DNA of 64,000 nt from Syntrophorhabdaceae bacterium (GCA_963665295.1 OY762209.1:2848001-2912000), one strand, 5' to 3'. Shown: positions 1 to 10,132, counted from the first letter of the stretch. Program-made: numbers and translations. Notes: generated by a model from the sequence alone, not told the origin.

Positions 1-2
1 AC

Positions 3-953
3 GCACTCCGGAGCAGGGTCCGGCCGGGAACCCACGCACACACGCCCGCAGATTTGAAATTGTTGACCTCCGACACGATATGGTCATTTTGTTTCCCCCT
101 TGCCATGGCCACAGGGTTCATGTGGGTTTTGACCAGTGGGTATCGTTTTGTCGTGGAGTGGGGGTGGGGCGCACGTTCCCTCGGGTTTATGGTGGCCGGT
201 CTGGCTGTGGCGACCCAGGTGTGGACTGCCTGTGAGACACTGGTAATACAGTTTCTTTTTCCCCATTTTTACAAGGCCATAAGCGATGACGATCCGGTCG
301 CTCAGCAGAGGGCCTATTCGAATCTGATCAATACTGTCTGCCCTCTCTACATGTTGTTGCTGGGGGTTACGGTTGCGTCGGGAGGCTGGATTATGGCCGT
401 ACTGACCGACACAAAATTTCACGATGCCTATGTCTTCGCTCTCTTCGGCGCAGGAATCGAGTGGTGCCGTGCCACGGCGAGTTTGCTGAGTCAGGCTGCA
501 CAAGTGACGAAACGCACCGCATATGTTATCGGACCTTACGCTTTGTCGGGTTCCCTTGCAATTGGCGGCGGTTTCGTGGCAGGATGGGCACACGCATCCC
601 TCTATACTGTGGCAGTAGTTCTGATGGCAGCCGGTTTGTTACTGGTAGTTACCATGGGCCGGCAGATGGACCGTTTGATACACGCAGATATAGAGTGGCG
701 CAGCGTCTTCGGAATGAGCGCTGTCGCATCCGTGATTGTTTTGATAGCGGCTCTGGTCGGGTTACATCCGCGGCCATTCAAAGAGAGCCTTCTTGCCTTG
801 ACCGGAGTCGGTCTGGCGATTTCAGCGCCATTTCTCATCTTTATAAGAAGCAGTCGGCCCTACCGGGCCTTGTTATCCGTGCCGTTAAGACCGGGGCACG
901 GTGCGATGGACCTGCACGGGGACGGCGAGCTTGTTTCCCCTAGGAAAGTGTGA
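3..953 (+). CDS. Polysaccharide flippase (Wzx/MOP-like), 5'-truncated by the window edge
   Basis: The frame is open from position 3. Multiple hydrophobic helices, a 'FCFPLAMATGFMWV...RF' segment typical of Wzx C-terminal halves, and a polysaccharide-cluster context. Confidence 0.65.
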   Translation, partial: ALRSRVRPGTHAHTPADLKLLTSDTIWSFCFPLAMATGFMWVLTSGYRFVVEWGWGARSLGFMVAGLAVATQVWTACETLVIQFLFPHFYKAISDDDPVAQQRAYSNLINTVCPLYMLLLGVTVASGGWIMAVLTDTKFHDAYVFALFGAGIEWCRATASLLSQAAQVTKRTAYVIGPYALSGSLAIGGGFVAGWAHASLYTVAVVLMAAGLLLVVTMGRQMDRLIHADIEWRSVFGMSAVASVIVLIAALVGLHPRPFKESLLALTGVGLAISAPFLIFIRSSRPYRALLSVPLRPGHGAMDLHGDGELVSPRKV

Positions 954-956
954 GCT

Positions 957-1841
957 ATGATTATTGCAAGAATAATAGGCGGCCTTGGAAACCAGATGTT
1001 TCAGTATGCCGCCGGCAGGGCGCTTTCTCTCGCGAACGACTGCCCTTTGAAGCTGGATATTTCAGGGTTTGAGAGCTATGCTCTCCATAATGGGTACGAG
1101 TTGGATATATTCAACATAGAAGCGGAGATTGCCGGCAGGAAGGATATTTCGTCGCTGACAGGATCACAAGTCCGGTTGGCGAGAATTTTGAGGCAGAAAC
1201 TTGGGTTTTCTAAGAGGAGCCATCGGATTGAGCGGGAATTTTCGTTCGACCCCTGTTTTTTTGACATTGTCCAGCCTGCGTATATTGACGGGTACTGGCA
1301 GTCCTACAGGTATTTCGAATCCCATGCCGCGCAGATCCGCAAGGAGCTAAGTTTTAAAAAGCCCCTGTCGGGGAAGAACCTCGAAATCTCCGGCCATGTC
1401 GCGCAGACCAGTTCGGTAGGTGTTCATATCCGTCGCGGTGACTATATAACGAACCCTGCTTTCGCGAAGGTGCACGGATTTCTGGGTGTGGATTATTATG
1501 TAAAAGCCGTCCGGCTTATAAGGGAGACGATCCCTTCGCCCATCTTTGTGGTCTTTTCAGAGGACATAGCCTGGGCGAGGGAGAATCTTCAGTTGGGACA
1601 GGACGCGGTGTTTGTTTCGCACAATACCGGCATGTCCTCATATGAGGACATGCGCTTGATGAGCATGTGCAAGCACAATATTGTTGCCAATAGTTCGTTC
1701 AGTTGGTGGGCTGCATGGCTCAACAACAACCCGGACAAGATGGTGGTATATCCGTCGAATTGGCTTGCGGGTCGGAAAGCAGTTCAGGACTATGAGCGGT
1801 TCATGGAGGATCTCATTCCTCCAACATGGATAATGGTGTAG
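957..1841 (+). CDS. Alpha-1,2-fucosyltransferase (GT11)
   Basis: GGLGNQMFQY, GYWQS, VHIRRGDY and NSSFSWWAAW motifs. Confidence 0.93.
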   Translation: MIIARIIGGLGNQMFQYAAGRALSLANDCPLKLDISGFESYALHNGYELDIFNIEAEIAGRKDISSLTGSQVRLARILRQKLGFSKRSHRIEREFSFDPCFFDIVQPAYIDGYWQSYRYFESHAAQIRKELSFKKPLSGKNLEISGHVAQTSSVGVHIRRGDYITNPAFAKVHGFLGVDYYVKAVRLIRETIPSPIFVVFSEDIAWARENLQLGQDAVFVSHNTGMSSYEDMRLMSMCKHNIVANSSFSWWAAWLNNNPDKMVVYPSNWLAGRKAVQDYERFMEDLIPPTWIMV

Positions 1842-1844
1842 CGG

Positions 1845-2735
1845 TTGGCTAAAGATCTGTCTCAGATGCAGGATACACAGAATAACGAAGAGGGCGGCGC
1901 AGAACGTTTCGACGACCGTCTGACTGATGTAATACATTTGCTGGACGAGGCCCCTCTTGGGGAAATCAGGACAGTCCTCGATGTTGGGGCGGGAAAAGGC
2001 GAGGTAGCGAAGCGTCTGGCGCGACAAGGGAAGAGCGTAACGTGCACCGGTGTGCAAATCAACTCTTACGTGTCTGACATCGAGGCGCTTCGCGAGGGAT
2101 ACGGCATAGACTACGTGGAGTGCGACATCGAGCATATGCAGTTTCCCGATGAGTCCTTTGATGCGGTGATCATGTGCCATGTACTCGAGCATTGTCCGAA
2201 CGTGTCCATTGCCCTTGGCCAGGCCAGGCGCGTGCTGAAGAAGGGCGGATGGCTGCTCGTCTTTGTGCCTCCTCAGGAAGATGTGGTGTGCGCAGGTCAT
2301 GTTTCAGTCGGTTGGAATGTGGGGCAGCTCATGTATGTGCTCCTCCTGAACGGATTCGACGCACAATCGGGAAAGTTTATCGAGTATGGATACAACGTCT
2401 GCGGGTTCGTAAGGCGTTCCGAGCGCGCGTTACCGGAGTTGAGATGTGATCGCGGAGATATTTCAGTCCTCGCGGGAGAAGGTTTATTTCCGCTGCCCAT
2501 CGGGACGGGCGATGGTGTAGGCGACAATTTTTACGGAAGTATCAAAGCGGTCAATTGGCCTAACATATCGAGGTATAGAACGGGCACCAAGAATAGTCGT
2601 GTAAAACAATGCGCCCTGACGATAATCGACCGTGCTTTGCCGATGGGCATCAAATACCGGGCGGGACGTTTCCTGGTCAAACTTGGCAGGCTTCTGCTGA
2701 AAGTCTCCGTTGCAAACCCCGACCGTCTTTCCTGA
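1845..2735 (+). CDS. Class I SAM-dependent methyltransferase
   Basis: VLDVGAGKG motif I, FDAVIMCHVLEH and RVLKKGG. Confidence 0.88.
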   Translation: MAKDLSQMQDTQNNEEGGAERFDDRLTDVIHLLDEAPLGEIRTVLDVGAGKGEVAKRLARQGKSVTCTGVQINSYVSDIEALREGYGIDYVECDIEHMQFPDESFDAVIMCHVLEHCPNVSIALGQARRVLKKGGWLLVFVPPQEDVVCAGHVSVGWNVGQLMYVLLLNGFDAQSGKFIEYGYNVCGFVRRSERALPELRCDRGDISVLAGEGLFPLPIGTGDGVGDNFYGSIKAVNWPNISRYRTGTKNSRVKQCALTIIDRALPMGIKYRAGRFLVKLGRLLLKVSVANPDRLS

Positions 2736-2809
2736 CGGAGTCCGACCGTCAAGCCAACAGTGTTGAACATAATGTGTTATTCTCATAATTGTTTTTGGAG
2801 GAGGAATTA

Positions 2810-5722
2810 ATGGCTGTCCTCGTAACCGGAGCTGCAGGTTTTATAGGCTGTAACCTCTCGAAGTCGCTGGTTGCCCAAGGCAAGAAGGTGGTAGGGTTCG
2901 ATAATCTTTCGCTGGGCAGGTTATCCAATCTCGAGGATCTCCTTGGCTCGCCGTCCTTTTCGTTTACGGAGGTGGACCTTTTCGAACTCGGTCCGTATAG
3001 GGATGCACTTGCCCGTGCGGCTGCGATCGAGCCCATTACGGAGATCTGGCACCTGGTTGCAAACTCGGATATACCCTCGGGCGTGGAGGACAGCAGGGTC
3101 GATTTCAGGGACACTTTCATGACGACTTTCCATACCCTTGAGCTTATGAAGGAATATGGAATCGGGGTGATCGCTTTTGCCTCCTCCTCGGCCATTTACG
3201 GCAATCATGGAGATTCGACCCTCGTCGAGGACACGGGACCGCTCTTCCCCATATCGAATTACGGGGCAATGAAGCTTGCCTCCGAAGCCGCGATCAGCGC
3301 AGCCGTTGAAAGCTTCCTCGACAAGGCCTATATTTTCCGTTTTCCCAATGTAATAGGCATACCGGCAACGCACGGCGTGATACTCGATTTTATACGCAAG
3401 CTCAAAGCCACCCCGGACAACCTGGTGGTGCTGGGCGACGGCACGCAGCAAAAAAGCTACCTCCATGTTGAAGATCTGGTCGAGGCCATGTTGTACATCC
3501 GGGAGCGGGCCGGTGAACGGCTCAACTACTTCAATGTCGGTGGAGATGATGATGGAGTGACGGTGCGTTTCATAGCCGAGCAGGTTGTTGCCGAAGTTTC
3601 GCCTTCCGCCGCCATACAATACGGATCGGGAAATAAAGGCTGGGTAGGCGATGTGCCGAAGTTTTCCTATTCAGTCGATAAGTTGCGTAATCTCGGGTGG
3701 CGGCCGGGACTCAACTCGGCGGATGCCATATGCCGGGCTATACGGCAGATTGCGGTGCAGGAGAGAAGAATGAAACAGGCGGTAATCCTCGCGGGAGGCA
3801 AAGGTACCCGTTTGCGCGAACGGTTGGGCGACCTTCCGAAACCGCTCATCGATATATGCGGAAAACCGCTCCTTGAGCGGCAGATCGAACTTGTAAAACG
3901 CCATGGTTATACGCACGTACTTCTCCTTGTGAGCTACGCCTCACAGTATATTATCGATTTTTGCGCGGGTAGCGTTGATAAGTGGGGTCTCTCCATCGAA
4001 TGCATCGAAGACGGACAACCTCTTGGCACCGCGGGGGCGGTTCTGGCCCAGAAGGGGCGGCTGGAAGAAGACTTTCTGGTCATGTACGGCGACACGATGA
4101 TGGAAATCGACCTTGCCCGTTTCCATGCATTTCATAGGTCGCGGCCGGACGTGGCGGCCACCCTTTTTCTTCACCCGAACGACCATCCGAACGACTCGGA
4201 CCTGGTGGAACTGGACGACGAAGGGCGGATTGCCGCATTCCACCCTTACCCGCATGATCCGGAGCAATATTACCCTAATCTGGTCAACGCGGCCCTCTAT
4301 TACGTGCGCCGGACAGCGCTCGAACCATGGCGCCACACACAGGGACCCCTCGACTTCGGCAAGCACATCTTTCCCGCCATGCTGGAACGGGGACAGATAC
4401 TTCTCGGTTACAATAGTCCCGAATATATCAAGGACTGCGGCACACCGGAACGGCTCGACAGGGTTTGTGCAGATTTCACTTCGGGACGTGTGGCGCGGGC
4501 GAGTCTGAGTGTGGCGCAACGGGGTGTATTCATTGACCGCGACGGCACGATCAACCGCGAAACGGGTCACCTTTCCCGTCACGAACAGTTTGAACTCCTG
4601 CCGGGTGTTGAAGAAGCGATCAAGCTGCTCAATGGCTCGCAATACCGGACCATCGTGGTCACCAACCAGCCCGTTCTCGCCCGCGGTGAATGTTCATTCG
4701 CCGGATTAAAGCAGATCCACAATAAGATGGACACCCTCCTGGGCCGCAGCGGGGCCTATGTGGACCGCACCTATTATTGCCCCCATCACCCTGACCGGGG
4801 CTTCGAAGGCGAGGTCCCCGAGTTGAAGATCGACTGCAACTGTCGAAAACCCGCCACCGGCATGATAGAACAAGCGAGGGAGGACTTGAATATCGACATT
4901 GCTCATTCGTGGATGGTAGGAGACACCTCCGTTGACGTCCTTATGGCGCGTCGCGCGGGATTGCACTCAATCGTTGTCCAGACCGGTTATGCGGGTCTCG
5001 ACGGGCGCCACGGGGTGACCCCTGATTTCACGGTTCCTGATCTTAATGTCGCGGCCCACCTTATACTGGACGATTATCCGCGATTGCTCGCCATGTGCGA
5101 GGGGTTGGGCGCAGGGATCGCTCCGGGCGATTTTGTGTTTGTGGGCGGTCTGTCGCGCAGCGGAAAGAGCACCCTGGCTGCCTGTCTGAAGGATGCCCTC
5201 GAAAACAGCGGTCGGAAGGCGGTCATTTTTTCCCTCGATCGCTGGCTCCTGAATGAGGGTGAGAGGAAGGAGTCCGTACTCGGCAGATACGGCCTTGGTG
5301 AAGTTCACCCCTTGCTTGCCGGCCTTGCCCGCCGGACAGGCGCGGTCACGGTGAAGGCACCTCTCTACGATAAGATTAGACGGCGGCGGAGAGACGACAT
5401 GGAATTTCTTGAGATAGGTCACAGGGATGTGGTTATCGTGGACGGGACTATTGCTCTGTCGCTCCTTGACGCTGTTCCGGCGGAGATCAGTCATGCATGG
5501 TTCGTTGAAGCCGACGAAGAAGAGCGCCGGCTCCGCGTCCTGCGTGAGTATGAACTCAGGGGTTTTATTGCGGATGAGGCTGAGGCGGTCTATAGGACGA
5601 GACAAGAGGATGAGACGCCGATCATTCTCGCCGGCGCCGGGAGCGCAACACAACGGATCGCTCTGCATCTTGGCCCCTCTCATGTGTCCGACATACCGCA
5701 CCTCAAGGAGCATTGCCGATGA
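2810..5722 (+). CDS. Four-domain fusion: NAD-dependent epimerase/dehydratase + HddC-like sugar-1-phosphate nucleotidyltransferase + GmhB-like HAD-IIIA phosphatase + P-loop kinase
   Basis: GAAGFIG/YGAMK (extended SDR); LAGGKGTRL (NTP transferase); FIDRDGT, CPH and CNCRKP (GmhB); GGLSRSGKST (P-loop). ATG 2810 follows GGAGGAGG. Confidence 0.88.
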   Translation: MAVLVTGAAGFIGCNLSKSLVAQGKKVVGFDNLSLGRLSNLEDLLGSPSFSFTEVDLFELGPYRDALARAAAIEPITEIWHLVANSDIPSGVEDSRVDFRDTFMTTFHTLELMKEYGIGVIAFASSSAIYGNHGDSTLVEDTGPLFPISNYGAMKLASEAAISAAVESFLDKAYIFRFPNVIGIPATHGVILDFIRKLKATPDNLVVLGDGTQQKSYLHVEDLVEAMLYIRERAGERLNYFNVGGDDDGVTVRFIAEQVVAEVSPSAAIQYGSGNKGWVGDVPKFSYSVDKLRNLGWRPGLNSADAICRAIRQIAVQERRMKQAVILAGGKGTRLRERLGDLPKPLIDICGKPLLERQIELVKRHGYTHVLLLVSYASQYIIDFCAGSVDKWGLSIECIEDGQPLGTAGAVLAQKGRLEEDFLVMYGDTMMEIDLARFHAFHRSRPDVAATLFLHPNDHPNDSDLVELDDEGRIAAFHPYPHDPEQYYPNLVNAALYYVRRTALEPWRHTQGPLDFGKHIFPAMLERGQILLGYNSPEYIKDCGTPERLDRVCADFTSGRVARASLSVAQRGVFIDRDGTINRETGHLSRHEQFELLPGVEEAIKLLNGSQYRTIVVTNQPVLARGECSFAGLKQIHNKMDTLLGRSGAYVDRTYYCPHHPDRGFEGEVPELKIDCNCRKPATGMIEQAREDLNIDIAHSWMVGDTSVDVLMARRAGLHSIVVQTGYAGLDGRHGVTPDFTVPDLNVAAHLILDDYPRLLAMCEGLGAGIAPGDFVFVGGLSRSGKSTLAACLKDALENSGRKAVIFSLDRWLLNEGERKESVLGRYGLGEVHPLLAGLARRTGAVTVKAPLYDKIRRRRRDDMEFLEIGHRDVVIVDGTIALSLLDAVPAEISHAWFVEADEEERRLRVLREYELRGFIADEAEAVYRTRQEDETPIILAGAGSATQRIALHLGPSHVSDIPHLKEHCR

Positions 5723-6699
5723 TTATCAGCCAGACCCCACTACGTATGAGCTTCACCGGCGGCGGCAGCGACCTCCCTGTCTTTTACAGGAATTTCGGCG
5801 GGGCGGTGGTGAGTACCGCCATAGATAAGTTTGTCTATGTCAATGTGAACAAGAAGTTCGATAACGGCATCAGGATCGCATACTCCAAGAACGAAGAGGT
5901 TTCTTCTGTAAGTCAAATAGAGCACCGGCTCGTACGGGCATCATTGGAGCATCTCGGAATAGAGGGCGGAATCGAAATAACGACCATCGCCGATATCCCG
6001 TCCAAAGGGACCGGCCTCGGATCTTCCAGTTCATTTACGGTGGGTCTTTTGAATGCCCTCAGCGCGTACATGGGGCGTTATGTTTCGCAGGAGCAACTGG
6101 GGAATGACAGTTGTCATATCGAGATCGAGCGTTGCGGTGAACCGATTGGGAAGCAGGATCAATACGCGGCTGCCTTCGGCGGTTTCAATCTCATTCAGTT
6201 CAATCCGGACGATTCCGTCATCGTTACCCCCATAATCTGCCGGCGGGAAACCCTTCAATGCATTGAGCGCCGGACCCTGGTCTTCTACACGGGCATTACC
6301 AGAAGCGCGTCGAATTTACTCAGGCAACAATCGGACGAAGTGGATAATCACGTAAAGAAGCAAGGGATTTTGAAACAGATGGTACAGCTGACCTATGACC
6401 TCGCGGACGAGTTACGCCGGGATAATACGGATGCCTTCGGCGAGATCCTCCATGAGAACTGGCTGCTCAAGAAGAGCATTACCGACGGAATCAGTACCGG
6501 TGAGATCGACGGGTGGTATGAAACCGCGCGACGAGCAGGTGCAACGGGCGGCAAGATCCTGGGCGCCGGGGCCGGGGGATTTCTCATGATCTATGCGCCG
6601 GAAGATGCTCATGAAGCCATCAAACATGCTCTGTCGATACTGCGACCGATTCCGGTACGCTTCGAGCCGCGGGGCAGCCGCATAATTTTTTATCACTGA
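5719..6699 (+). CDS. hddA: GHMP kinase, D-glycero-D-manno-heptose 7-phosphate kinase-like
   Basis: PLRMSFTGGGSD, PSKGTGLGSSS, GKQDQYAAAFGG and GAGAGGF motifs; ATGA overlap with the upstream stop. Confidence 0.88.
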   Translation: MIISQTPLRMSFTGGGSDLPVFYRNFGGAVVSTAIDKFVYVNVNKKFDNGIRIAYSKNEEVSSVSQIEHRLVRASLEHLGIEGGIEITTIADIPSKGTGLGSSSSFTVGLLNALSAYMGRYVSQEQLGNDSCHIEIERCGEPIGKQDQYAAAFGGFNLIQFNPDDSVIVTPIICRRETLQCIERRTLVFYTGITRSASNLLRQQSDEVDNHVKKQGILKQMVQLTYDLADELRRDNTDAFGEILHENWLLKKSITDGISTGEIDGWYETARRAGATGGKILGAGAGGFLMIYAPEDAHEAIKHALSILRPIPVRFEPRGSRIIFYH

Positions 6700-6716
6700 G
6701 CCAGGAGAGAAATGTA

Positions 6717-7289
6717 ATGAAAGACTTTACCGGACACTCCGCCGCCTATTTTGCCAGGCTGAACGACCTGCTTAAGGCAGTCAACCATGAGAGCATCGAT
6801 CACGCCATCTCCTTGATCGCCGACGCGTGGCACGGGGGCAGACAGATTATTACTCTTGGAAATGGGGGCAGTTCGCTGACCGCACTCCATTTCATCAACG
6901 ATTGGAACAAGAGCTTGTTTATGAGGGGCTTGCGCCCGTTCCGCGGCCGAAGCCTGGTGGATAATATCGGTCTTATCACCGCGTATGGAAATGACGTCGC
7001 CTTCAATGACATCTTTGTCGAACAATTGAAGAACATCCTCCTTCCGGGGGACCTTGTGATCGCCATCTCCGGGAGCGGCAACTCGGAGAATGTGATCAGG
7101 GCGGTGGAATATGCAAATCAGAACGGCGCTGTCACGTTGGGTTTATGCGGCTACAGCGGCGGGAAGTTGAAGGAACGCGCCCAACATTGCGTATGGGCAG
7201 CGGTGGATGATATGCAACTCGCAGAGGATGTGCATGCCATATTCGGCCACATAGTGATGCAATGCCTGGGCAGCGCCGGTGATCGATGA
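6717..7289 (+). CDS. gmhA: SIS-domain phosphoheptose isomerase
   Basis: GNGGS, TAYGND, ISGSGNSENV and EDVH...H motifs; lies next to hddA. Confidence 0.85.
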   Translation: MKDFTGHSAAYFARLNDLLKAVNHESIDHAISLIADAWHGGRQIITLGNGGSSLTALHFINDWNKSLFMRGLRPFRGRSLVDNIGLITAYGNDVAFNDIFVEQLKNILLPGDLVIAISGSGNSENVIRAVEYANQNGAVTLGLCGYSGGKLKERAQHCVWAAVDDMQLAEDVHAIFGHIVMQCLGSAGDR

Positions 7290-7427
7290 GACGCCATCAC
7301 GGGCAATATCGGGTCCTTTGACGGGAAGACTCTTCAACCCGGCATCTTTTCCATGTTTTTCGAAGGAGACGGTTCGCGGTGGGCGACGCGGTAGATTCGA
7401 TGATTATTCAACACAGGAATTCATGAT

Positions 7428-8396
7428 ATGGCCCGGAACAACGTAATCGACTGCCTGAAGGGATTTACCATATTGCTGGTTGTCCTGGGTCATGGGATCC
7501 AGATATGTACGAACAATAATTTCGATGCATTTGGTTTTCGACTTATCTATTCGTTTCATATGCCTTTGTTTATGTTCCTTAGCGGTTACGTCGCCGTGTA
7601 CGCGCCTACGGACAGCATTTCCAGGTTGAAAAGCCGTTTTATCCGACTGGTTGTACCGTTTTTTTCCTGGGCCGTAGTCAGCTTTGGCATCAGTTGCGTT
7701 GGAAAAGGCGCTGTCGATTGGTCCTACTGGATAGACCTGTTTAGAAATGTCGACACGGGGCTATGGTTTTTATGGGTCCTGTTTTTGATTCATCTCTTGT
7801 TCTACCTCGGCGAAAAAGTGAGATTTGCCGGGCAGTATTCATTACTCGTACCGTTGGTGCTGGTACAGTTTATCCCGTATTCCTTTCTTGGCATTTCGTT
7901 CGTCAAGATGTACATCGTCTTTTTCTCCATCGGGTATTACCTGAACAAGAATTCCCTTGAATTACTGTTGAGAAAGAGAACAGTCATCCGGTATCTTGTG
8001 CTTTTCTGCACGTTAGCCCTCTACATCTATCTATTTCAATACTGGACATTCGCAGGGAGAGTGGCATTCCTTGGCGTTGACAACTATTTTGTGCGGAAAC
8101 TTTACAAATTAGTCGTAGCAGTGCTGGGTATATTATTTATATACGAAGCGTTCAACATTCATACAGTCTGTGAAAGCAGCCTGAAATGGCTGGGAAAGAA
8201 TACCATCGAGATTTACACAACCCATGCCTATTTTATAAACATCGCCCTATCATTACTGATTTTAGCCGGTTCATTCAATTTGTACGTAAACGTGATGGCA
8301 TCATCCTTATTCGGCCTGCTATGTTCTCTCGTTGTCGCCCATTTTCTTAAGAAGAAGGCAGTCACGTCCCTGCTTTTCTATGGCAACAGGAATTGA
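7428..8396 (+). CDS. Acyltransferase-3 family membrane O-acyltransferase
   Basis: IDCLKG..ILLVVLGH, FHMPLFMFLSGY and LWFLWVLF motifs; polytopic and AT-rich. Confidence 0.88.
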   Translation: MARNNVIDCLKGFTILLVVLGHGIQICTNNNFDAFGFRLIYSFHMPLFMFLSGYVAVYAPTDSISRLKSRFIRLVVPFFSWAVVSFGISCVGKGAVDWSYWIDLFRNVDTGLWFLWVLFLIHLLFYLGEKVRFAGQYSLLVPLVLVQFIPYSFLGISFVKMYIVFFSIGYYLNKNSLELLLRKRTVIRYLVLFCTLALYIYLFQYWTFAGRVAFLGVDNYFVRKLYKLVVAVLGILFIYEAFNIHTVCESSLKWLGKNTIEIYTTHAYFINIALSLLILAGSFNLYVNVMASSLFGLLCSLVVAHFLKKKAVTSLLFYGNRN

Positions 8397-8449
8397 CTAT
8401 GACGCCGCGGGCAGAATCTGAACGCCGCCTTCTCCATGGGGTTTGATTC

Positions 8450-10132
8450 TTGCTGAAGAAAGGATGTTATTTCCCGTGCGGAGCGCTGGCGGTCTTCGCC
8501 ATCTGTAATACGGCGAAGGTGGTTTATCTCGATGCGCGGATCGTGCCCCTTGATCTTAAGTTTCATGTAATAGCCCTTTCCGCGGCTTACACATTTCTCA
8601 TGGTTGTGGCCTGCTTTTCCGCCGCCATTGCTTCGGGCCGCCGGATTGTTTTCGTAATTTTGTTTGTAATACAAGCGCTCTACCTTTATGTGACGACAGC
8701 GTACTATTCTGTCTTCAAGAGCTATCTCACGTATCAGATCGCCGTCAGTCTCTTCGATGAAGCTCTGGGGTTGGTCCGGGGAAGGGCGGTCCCCCTGGGA
8801 GGCGTCACCCCGTTGCTCGTTTGGATTGACCTGCCTGCAGCGGTGCTCGTCCTGACCGCTCCACGGTGGAAGGCGATGAAGGACCACAGGAAGCCGTTTA
8901 TCGCCATAATGATCGGGGGATTTGGCGCGATAGCCGCTTTTCTGGGGGTCGCTCATATTGTAGGCCGGGCTCCCTGGCAGTTGGTATCGGAGCCTTTCCT
9001 GGGGGACCTTGCAGTGGTCAAGCTTTATGGTCCTTTGACCAATGGCCTGAATATCCTGCCCGACCACAGTGAAAGGTCGAGAAGACTCATCACGCCGGAG
9101 AGGACGTTGAAGGGACAGACAAGCTCTTCCCATCCCAATATTCTTGTTGTACAGATCGAGTCTCTGGATGCAACGGCCATCGATGCAGAGGTTGATGGCC
9201 GGCCGGTTATGCCGTTCATGAGGAGGCTTGCCTCCGAGAACATCTATTACCCCTATTGCCTGTCCTATCATGTGGGAGGCGGCACGTCGGACGCGGAGTT
9301 TTCGGTGCTCAACAGCGTGGTGCCGTTGGTCGATTATCCGGCCCTGAAGGTTTCCGAATATCGCTACCCTAACGCGGTAAGCACCCGACTGCACGAGAAA
9401 GGTTATAGTACCCAGGCTTTCCATAACAACCGGGCAACTTACTACAACCGCGGCAACGCCTTCGCGCAAATGAGTTTTGATGTCTTTTTCGACCAGGACC
9501 GGATGAGGATACCTGTGAGCCGCTGGGGCATATCCGATGGGGATATGTTGCGCTTCGCCCGGGGCTGGTTGAGCGGCCGGAAAGAACCCTGGTTTGCCTA
9601 TGTAATCACCATGTCAAGCCATGGCCCGTTCAACTTCTTCCCTGCCGAAGACGTAGGTGCAGATTTCAAGAGTGTCTCTAACGACTCCGTGCGAGGATAT
9701 TACCGTTCTTTGACGTACGTGGACCACGCTCTGGAGCAGTTGCTGGCCGACGAAAGCATACGCAACCATTCCTATATCTTTATTTTTGGCGATCACGCGC
9801 CGCCAATACCTGCCGGTGACTACGTCTCGGCTGTTCTCAACCGGGGACGCCCTCCACGCACCTTTGTGCCCCTGGTGATTCTCACGCCGGATCGTCATCA
9901 CTTCAGGGGAGATCAGCGCGTGGCGAGTTTTCTGGACCTTGCGCCCACTATATTTAAGGCCTCCGGCATAGGAGGCGACTACAATAGTGATGGAGATGAC
10001 CTTCTGGAGCCTGCGGAATTACCCGATGTGATACCCTGGCCCGGCGGCGCCCTTAACCGGAAAGTTCTGTTCAGGGAGATCGACAGCCAGATAAAGCGGC
10101 GCGAAGGCGGCCACGTTCTGGGGCTCCAGTAG
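8450..10132 (+). CDS. LTA-synthase (LtaS)-like membrane sulfatase-fold phosphotransferase
   Basis: N-terminal TMs followed by QIESL, GGGTSDAEF (catalytic Thr), TMSSHGPF and FGDH. The start is uncertain (see findings). Confidence 0.82.
   Translation: MLKKGCYFPCGALAVFAICNTAKVVYLDARIVPLDLKFHVIALSAAYTFLMVVACFSAAIASGRRIVFVILFVIQALYLYVTTAYYSVFKSYLTYQIAVSLFDEALGLVRGRAVPLGGVTPLLVWIDLPAAVLVLTAPRWKAMKDHRKPFIAIMIGGFGAIAAFLGVAHIVGRAPWQLVSEPFLGDLAVVKLYGPLTNGLNILPDHSERSRRLITPERTLKGQTSSSHPNILVVQIESLDATAIDAEVDGRPVMPFMRRLASENIYYPYCLSYHVGGGTSDAEFSVLNSVVPLVDYPALKVSEYRYPNAVSTRLHEKGYSTQAFHNNRATYYNRGNAFAQMSFDVFFDQDRMRIPVSRWGISDGDMLRFARGWLSGRKEPWFAYVITMSSHGPFNFFPAEDVGADFKSVSNDSVRGYYRSLTYVDHALEQLLADESIRNHSYIFIFGDHAPPIPAGDYVSAVLNRGRPPRTFVPLVILTPDRHHFRGDQRVASFLDLAPTIFKASGIGGDYNSDGDDLLEPAELPDVIPWPGGALNRKVLFREIDSQIKRREGGHVLGLQ

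Noticed and set aside
8378..9469. 363-aa minus-strand ORF
   Set aside because: Antisense shadow of the LtaS-like gene.
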